A program made the translations under genes and the position numbers. Shown in pieces: positions 17,012 to 21,458 of a DNA stretch of 21,458 nt. The notes under the pieces were generated by a model. The model worked only from the letters and a program-made list of their open reading frames with translations. It was not told where the DNA came from and ran no database searches. Numbering within the stretch: the first letter of the stretch is position 1; each line of letters starts with the position of its first letter. Source of the DNA: Myxococcota bacterium (lineage in GTDB: Bacteria; Myxococcota_A; UBA796; GCA-2862545); assembly GCA_039208735.1 (NCBI GenBank), contig JBCCQY010000165.1:1-21458 (forward strand). Reading direction: 5' to 3'.

Positions 17012-17052
17012 GTGACTAGTGGTCACTTTATGAGAAGATGACTAACCGTCGC
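17012..17052. promoter_or_regulatory. Tandem operators upstream of tetR (GTGAC-N5-GTCRC type)
   Basis: GTGACTAGTGGTCAC (17012-17026) and ATGACTAACCGTCGC (17038-17052, followed by GTTT). Confidence 0.7.
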
Positions 17053-17072
17053 GTTTGAGATATGTCAACTCC

Positions 17073-17666
17073 ATGAGCACGAAATCCCTCGATCCGAGGC
17101 GTACGCCTGAACAAGAACGCAGTCGTAAACGGGTGGATGCCCTGTTGGCAGCGGCGGCTCGACTGATCGCCGAGCGCGGGGTCGATCGGGTCTCGATGAC
17201 CGACATCGCGACGGCTTCCGATATGTCGAAAGCAGCTGTTTATCGGTACTTTCCAAACAAGGCTGCGCTTGTCCGGGCGCTTGCGGTCGACGCTCAGATA
17301 CGCGATCGTGCCTGGCTGGAGCAGCGTCTGCAGGCGGGTGGCGACCCCATGACGACGCTACTTCGGGTGTTCCGCGAATATTGCGGGCTCATGACCGAAG
17401 ACCCATACCGCGCGCAGCTCCGCGCTGCGATCAATGCCGACGTGGAGCTCGCGGAGCTGGACCATCAGGAAGCGTGCGAGGTCGCCAGGACGGTGGCTGA
17501 CTACCTGGGTGATGCTGCGCGAGAGAGTGGGGCCAAGCTCGAGATGCAGATCCTGGTGGCGCTGTACCTGTTCGACGGCATGCTGGCGCTGGCGGAGCGG
17601 ACACCCGAGGAGCGCGACATGGTCGTGGACACGTACCTGGACATGGTCAGGTCACTGTTCGTGTGA
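17073..17666 (+). CDS. TetR/AcrR family transcriptional regulator
   Basis: PRRTPEQERSRKRVDALLAAAARLIAERGVDRVSMTDIATASDMSKAAVYRYFPNKAAL HTH; start placed at ATG 17073. Confidence 0.95.
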   Translation: MSTKSLDPRRTPEQERSRKRVDALLAAAARLIAERGVDRVSMTDIATASDMSKAAVYRYFPNKAALVRALAVDAQIRDRAWLEQRLQAGGDPMTTLLRVFREYCGLMTEDPYRAQLRAAINADVELAELDHQEACEVARTVADYLGDAARESGAKLEMQILVALYLFDGMLALAERTPEERDMVVDTYLDMVRSLFV

Positions 17667-17931
17667 CGCGTTCCTGGGCCACCGATCCAGCAGCCTACGC
17701 CGCGCGCCAAGTGCTCCAGCCCTTCTAGAGCCCCCTCCGTCGACAAGGAACGGACCCGCCGGGACAGCGACACCGTCGCGTTTCTTGGCGCCGAGAACGC
17801 CGAGGCCATCGGAGCCTGTGTGCTTTCCTGATGGAGGCTGCCATCGCGAGCGGGCGCCTCGCGTCCCAAGCGATGGATGCCCGACCGTGGCGCAGAGAAA
17901 ATCGGACCTTAGCGTGCAGCGTCCCCAAAAC

Positions 17932-17968
17932 GTGACTACTAGTCATTAATAACGTGACGCGTAGTCGC
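17932..17968. promoter_or_regulatory. Tandem operators upstream of the oxidoreductase (same motif as upstream of tetR)
   Basis: (AAAC)GTGACTACTAGTCAT (17932-17946) and (AAC)GTGACGCGTAGTCGC(GTTT) (17954-17968). Confidence 0.72.
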
Positions 17969-18001
17969 GTTTCATGGGCCGTCGGTCCGGGAGAGAAGAG
18001 C

Positions 18002-19174
18002 ATGCAAGACAAGGACATGGACATCGTGGTGTTCGGAGCCACCGGTTTCACTGGTCAGCTCATCGCGGAGTACCTACACGGGCAGTACGGGACGGGTGAC
18101 CTGCGCATCGCAATCGCGGGTCGCAACCTGGCCAAGCTCGAGACCGTCCAGCGCGACCTGTGCCCGATGGCGGAGATCATCGTTGCGGATGCCACAGACG
18201 AAGAGGCCCTCACGACGCTGGCCAAGCGGGCCCGCGTGGTCATCTCGGCCGCGGGGCCCTACACGCGCCTCGGAGGGCCGCTGGTCGATGCGTGTGCGGA
18301 CTGGGGCGCCGACTATGTCGACCTATGCGGGGAATCGAATTTCTCGCGGGACTCGATCCTAAACCGGGCGGACCGCGCCAAGCAGAGTGGAGCTCGCATC
18401 GTTCACTCGTGTGGTGTGGACTCGATGCCGTCGGATTTGGGGGTGCAGTGGTTGCAGGAGCTGGCCGTGGAGAAGCGCGGCGCTCCCTTCTCGAAGGTTC
18501 GCTGCCGTGTGGAGGCTTTTGTCGGTGCGGTGTCCGGCGGAACCCTCGCGAGCATGGCCACGGTGGCGGCCGTCGCCGAGAGCGATCCCGGGGTAGCTGC
18601 CGAGCTTTGCAATCCCTTCGCCTTTGCGCCCGGGTTCCAGGGGCCGCCGCAGCCTCCCGGTGATGCGCCCGTGTTCGACGACGATCTCGGGACGTGGGCC
18701 GGGCCCTTTGTCATGGCCGAAATCAATACCAAGGTCGTGCACTATACGAATTTCCTGCGCCAACATGCATACGGTACCGACTTCACCTACGACGAGATGG
18801 TGGTCACTGGAACCGGACAAGAAGGACGCGCGCTCGCCGAGGGCCTGTGTAGTCCAGGCGCGTTGCTCGACGACGATGGCCCACCGCCGACGCCGGGTGA
18901 GGGACCGTCGAAGCAGCAGCGCGAGGCCGGTCACTTCACCATGGCATTTCACGGGGGTGACGGCGACGAGCGATGCACCGTGCGGGTTTCGGGGTTCAAA
19001 GACCCCGGCTACGGCGCGACTTCGCAGATGATCGCTGAGGCTGCGCTCTGCCTGCTGTCGTCTCAGAGTGACCGCGTCGGCGGTGTGTGGTCTCCGGCTG
19101 CCTGCATGGGATCCTCACTCCGTGAGCGTCTTCAGTCCACGGGGGTGCTCGCGTTCCAAGCGCCGCCCAACTGA
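18002..19174 (+). CDS. Saccharopine dehydrogenase-like NAD(P)-dependent oxidoreductase (trans-acting enoyl reductase family)
   Basis: DIVVFGATGFTG Rossmann motif, IAGRNLAKL, AGPY...G-x-PLV-x-AC, YVDLCGE, HSCG-x-DSMPSDLG, SGGTLAS, DPGYGATSQM. GGAG RBS before ATG 18002. Confidence 0.92.
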   Translation: MQDKDMDIVVFGATGFTGQLIAEYLHGQYGTGDLRIAIAGRNLAKLETVQRDLCPMAEIIVADATDEEALTTLAKRARVVISAAGPYTRLGGPLVDACADWGADYVDLCGESNFSRDSILNRADRAKQSGARIVHSCGVDSMPSDLGVQWLQELAVEKRGAPFSKVRCRVEAFVGAVSGGTLASMATVAAVAESDPGVAAELCNPFAFAPGFQGPPQPPGDAPVFDDDLGTWAGPFVMAEINTKVVHYTNFLRQHAYGTDFTYDEMVVTGTGQEGRALAEGLCSPGALLDDDGPPPTPGEGPSKQQREAGHFTMAFHGGDGDERCTVRVSGFKDPGYGATSQMIAEAALCLLSSQSDRVGGVWSPAACMGSSLRERLQSTGVLAFQAPPN

Positions 19175-19535
19175 CTTCGGCAATCGTGGGGGCTCCGGTA
19201 GGCTCCGGCCCCAAGGGGCCCCTTGCCCACGGTGCTCACCGAGCTGGCCGATCCGGGGAGGACAAAGGTAGATGATACCAACGATCGGGCGAAGTTCCCG
19301 AATGGCCAGCGTCCTAAAGTCGCTGTCATGGGTGACCGCGCCGTCGGCCGCGCGCAGGAGCGGTCCCCCGAGCAATGCGATGCGCACCACGATTCACCCG
19401 ACGCGGTCTTCACCAACGGCAGGAACTGAGTTTCGCGCTTCGCCTTCGGTGATGAGCCGCATGGTCACCACTGGGGTCGAGCGCGGATTCCACTATCAAT
19501 GCGTGGATTTCCGTCACTGTTGACACGGGCAGCCG

Positions 19536-19563
19536 TTGACATATTTCATCCATGAAATATAAA
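19536..19563 (+). promoter_or_regulatory. Sigma70-like promoter overlapped by a perfect palindromic operator
   Basis: TTGACA (19536-19541), 16-bp spacer, TATAAA (19558-19563); ATATTTCAT-CC-ATGAAATAT (19541-19560) is a perfect 9-2-9 inverted repeat. Confidence 0.7.
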
Positions 19564-19641
19564 AAATCGCCCCCTTATCGCATGGTTATTCCTTTTGAAT
19601 CGACCTGTAGAGTGGGCCTGCCTTTCCCCATCGGAGGATCG

Positions 19642-19857
19642 ATGTACCGAGCCATTCGCAACGCCATAAGCGCCTTGATCGTCACGGTGATCGTCCTGGT
19701 CGCGTTCCAAGCCGAGGTCGCAGCCGGGCCCTCGAGCGAGCCGATCGACCCCTGCAAGTTCGTGTTGTGCCCCGCACCCGTCTGCTTCCCGGGTGAAGTA
19801 CCTGTCGTCCCCAGGGGGCAGTGCTGCGCCATCTGTGTCCCCGAGAAGACGCTGTAG
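19642..19857 (+). CDS. Small secreted six-Cys miniprotein (71 aa), resembling the C-terminal half of a VWC domain
   Basis: GGAGG RBS plus ATG 19642; Sec signal peptide ending ...AEVAA; mature part CKFVLCPAPVCFPGEVPVVPRGQCCAIC = C-x4-C-x4-C-x12-CC-x2-C. Confidence 0.78.
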   Translation: MYRAIRNAISALIVTVIVLVAFQAEVAAGPSSEPIDPCKFVLCPAPVCFPGEVPVVPRGQCCAICVPEKTL

Positions 19858-20092
19858 CGACCCGCCAAGGCTGTCGGACAGCGCTTGCCACGCTGTGGGC
19901 GAACACTTCTACGCGGTCGAGGGATGACGCCTACCGTGGTTCCGACGAGGTACGTCGCAGTGGAAACGGTGACGATCGCGGAGCCGCCGCCCGACCAAGA
20001 ACGCGGCTGAGGTCACCAAGATCAGCGCGCCACCGGGAGCCGCGGTGAGCCAGACAGGGGTCGCCGGCGCGTCGGACTTTAGAATGAGCACC

Positions 20093-21283
20093 TCATCGTG
20101 ACGCCTGTGGCTTGGAAACCTCGGTAAGGCCAAAGAGCACGAGTGAAACCGGCACGAGGGCTAGCGGAAGGGTCACGAGAAACGCGGGCAGATAGCCGCG
20201 GGAATCGATCACGGACCCAATCACCGGATCAAGAAGTCCAGCCAGTACGAAGTAGACCGCGATCTGGGCAGAAAAGTCAAAGCCTGGCATCTCGGGGCGT
20301 ACGTTCTCCATCGCACTTCGGAACATGACGATATCGATGATGGCAATCGCCGTCCAAGCAACGATAATGGCGTAACGAATCGCACTTGGAAAGATCGCTC
20401 CGATGAAGGCGATCACCACGATGGCGGGTACGTTCAGGAAGGCGACGAGTAGGGTCGCTCGACCACGCGGCAGCGCGCGCAAGGTGGGCCCAAGAATGAG
20501 AGTGGCACCACCGCCTGCACACATTGAGAATAGACCAAACCATACGGCAATTTCATCCATGCTCATCCCTTGATCGACCATCATGAGCCGCATCGGGATC
20601 AACGTCAGCACCAAAGGAAGACGAATCAGGCCGAGGATTAGGAGCCACCCTGCCATACCTGGCTGAGTGAAGAATTGGAGCGCCGCGCGGAGATCGACCG
20701 AAGAACGCTGCGATGGTCGGCTCGGCTCCGGGACGAAGAACAGGGGGATGAGGGGTAGAGCGAACAACCCAGCCTGGGCAAGCAAGGCGACTTGCCATCC
20801 AATGCGATCGTAGACCGACATGAAGCCAAACCCGCCAACGATCGCACCGGCATAGAGCCCTGCATTCTGGAACATGCTCCCCATCGTGCGCTCATCGGGC
20901 CTCATGATGGAGATGACGAACGCATCGACCGCGACGTCCTGGGTACTCACGGCCAACGATGCGATCAGCAGCGAGAAGACCAGAGGCAGGAGGGGCCCGC
21001 CAGGATTTACGAACGCAAGAGCGACGATTCCAACAAGATGAATCGTAGAAAGTGCGAGAATCCACGTCTTGTAATGGTCACGACCAAGACGAACCCGGTC
21101 AATGAGCGGCGCCCAAAGGAATTTGAACACATAGGGCAGCGACGTCAGTTGGATGAGGCCGATGTCGGTCGCGGCGAAGCCTTCCTTGCGCAAGATGATG
21201 GGCAACGCCATGTTGGTGAAGGAAAACGGAATGAATTGGGCGACGTACAGCGATCCGACGATGCCCAAGAGTCGCCAGCGCAT
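20093..21283 (-). CDS. MFS permease, AmpG/RhtX/FptX/YbtX (PAT) family, likely siderophore uptake
   Basis: LYVAQFIP...ALPIILR...LPYVFKFLWAPLIDR...WI and STQDVAVDA motifs; about 12 TM. GGAGG RBS before ATG 21283; Fur-like box upstream. Confidence 0.88.
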   Translation of the reverse strand: MRWRLLGIVGSLYVAQFIPFSFTNMALPIILRKEGFAATDIGLIQLTSLPYVFKFLWAPLIDRVRLGRDHYKTWILALSTIHLVGIVALAFVNPGGPLLPLVFSLLIASLAVSTQDVAVDAFVISIMRPDERTMGSMFQNAGLYAGAIVGGFGFMSVYDRIGWQVALLAQAGLFALPLIPLFFVPEPSRPSQRSSVDLRAALQFFTQPGMAGWLLILGLIRLPLVLTLIPMRLMMVDQGMSMDEIAVWFGLFSMCAGGGATLILGPTLRALPRGRATLLVAFLNVPAIVVIAFIGAIFPSAIRYAIIVAWTAIAIIDIVMFRSAMENVRPEMPGFDFSAQIAVYFVLAGLLDPVIGSVIDSRGYLPAFLVTLPLALVPVSLVLFGLTEVSKPQASR

Positions 21284-21384
21284 TCGTACCTCCGATGCAG
21301 GACGTTCCCTCGACATGCACGAGGGCTTCCGTGTTCGAGATCACGCCCTTGTGGTGCCGCAACCTATTGCGGTTGCAGCTTATT

Positions 21385-21403
21385 GAAAATGATTTTCATT
21401 TTC
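21385..21403. promoter_or_regulatory. Fur-box-like palindrome 3
   Basis: GAAAATGA-TTT-TCATTTTC, a perfect 8-3-8 inverted repeat; 15/19 to the classical Fur consensus. Upstream of the MFS permease. Confidence 0.8.
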
Positions 21404-21458
21404 GATATGCTCTAGCTTCAGCACTGAGGGGGCGAAATGCCTGGAAGGCGATATCCAA

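Noticed and set aside
17663..17831. Short ORF fragments after tetR (GTGA overlap, ...AFLGAENAEAIGACVLS)
   Set aside because: Could be a decayed gene, but no family is recognisable by eye.
19175..19500. Several 60-95 aa ORFs on both strands after the oxidoreductase
   Set aside because: No RBS, motif or consistent frame; cannot be called as a gene or RNA.

Overview
GC-rich bacterial accessory region. The gene style (many lipoproteins, Cys-rich secreted proteins, an MxcI-like protein, a STAND ATPase with a C-terminal wHTH) suggests Myxococcota; this is inference. In order: a partial OmpR-family response regulator, a lipoprotein esterase, a small membrane protein, a UDG-superfamily protein, a Cys-rich lipoprotein, a lipoprotein cytochrome c, an MxcI-like lipoprotein and a small secreted protein. 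Next is a central cluster: a 1905-aa surface protein (16 Ca-binding DTDxDG repeats, then 7 reelin-subrepeat-like beta-sandwich domains alternating with 6 six-Cys linkers), a trypsin-like lipoprotein protease carrying a CBM60-like module, and a divergent STAND-wHTH regulator. It is followed by a DUF4149 protein, apparent gene remnants, a TetR regulator plus a saccharopine-dehydrogenase-like oxidoreductase sharing four copies of one operator, a 71-aa six-Cys secreted miniprotein with its own promoter/operator, and an RhtX/FptX/AmpG-like MFS permease. Three near-identical Fur-box-like palindromes suggest a dispersed iron regulon. No rRNA, tRNA, CRISPR array or mobile element was recognised. All family assignments are by eye; no database searches were run.
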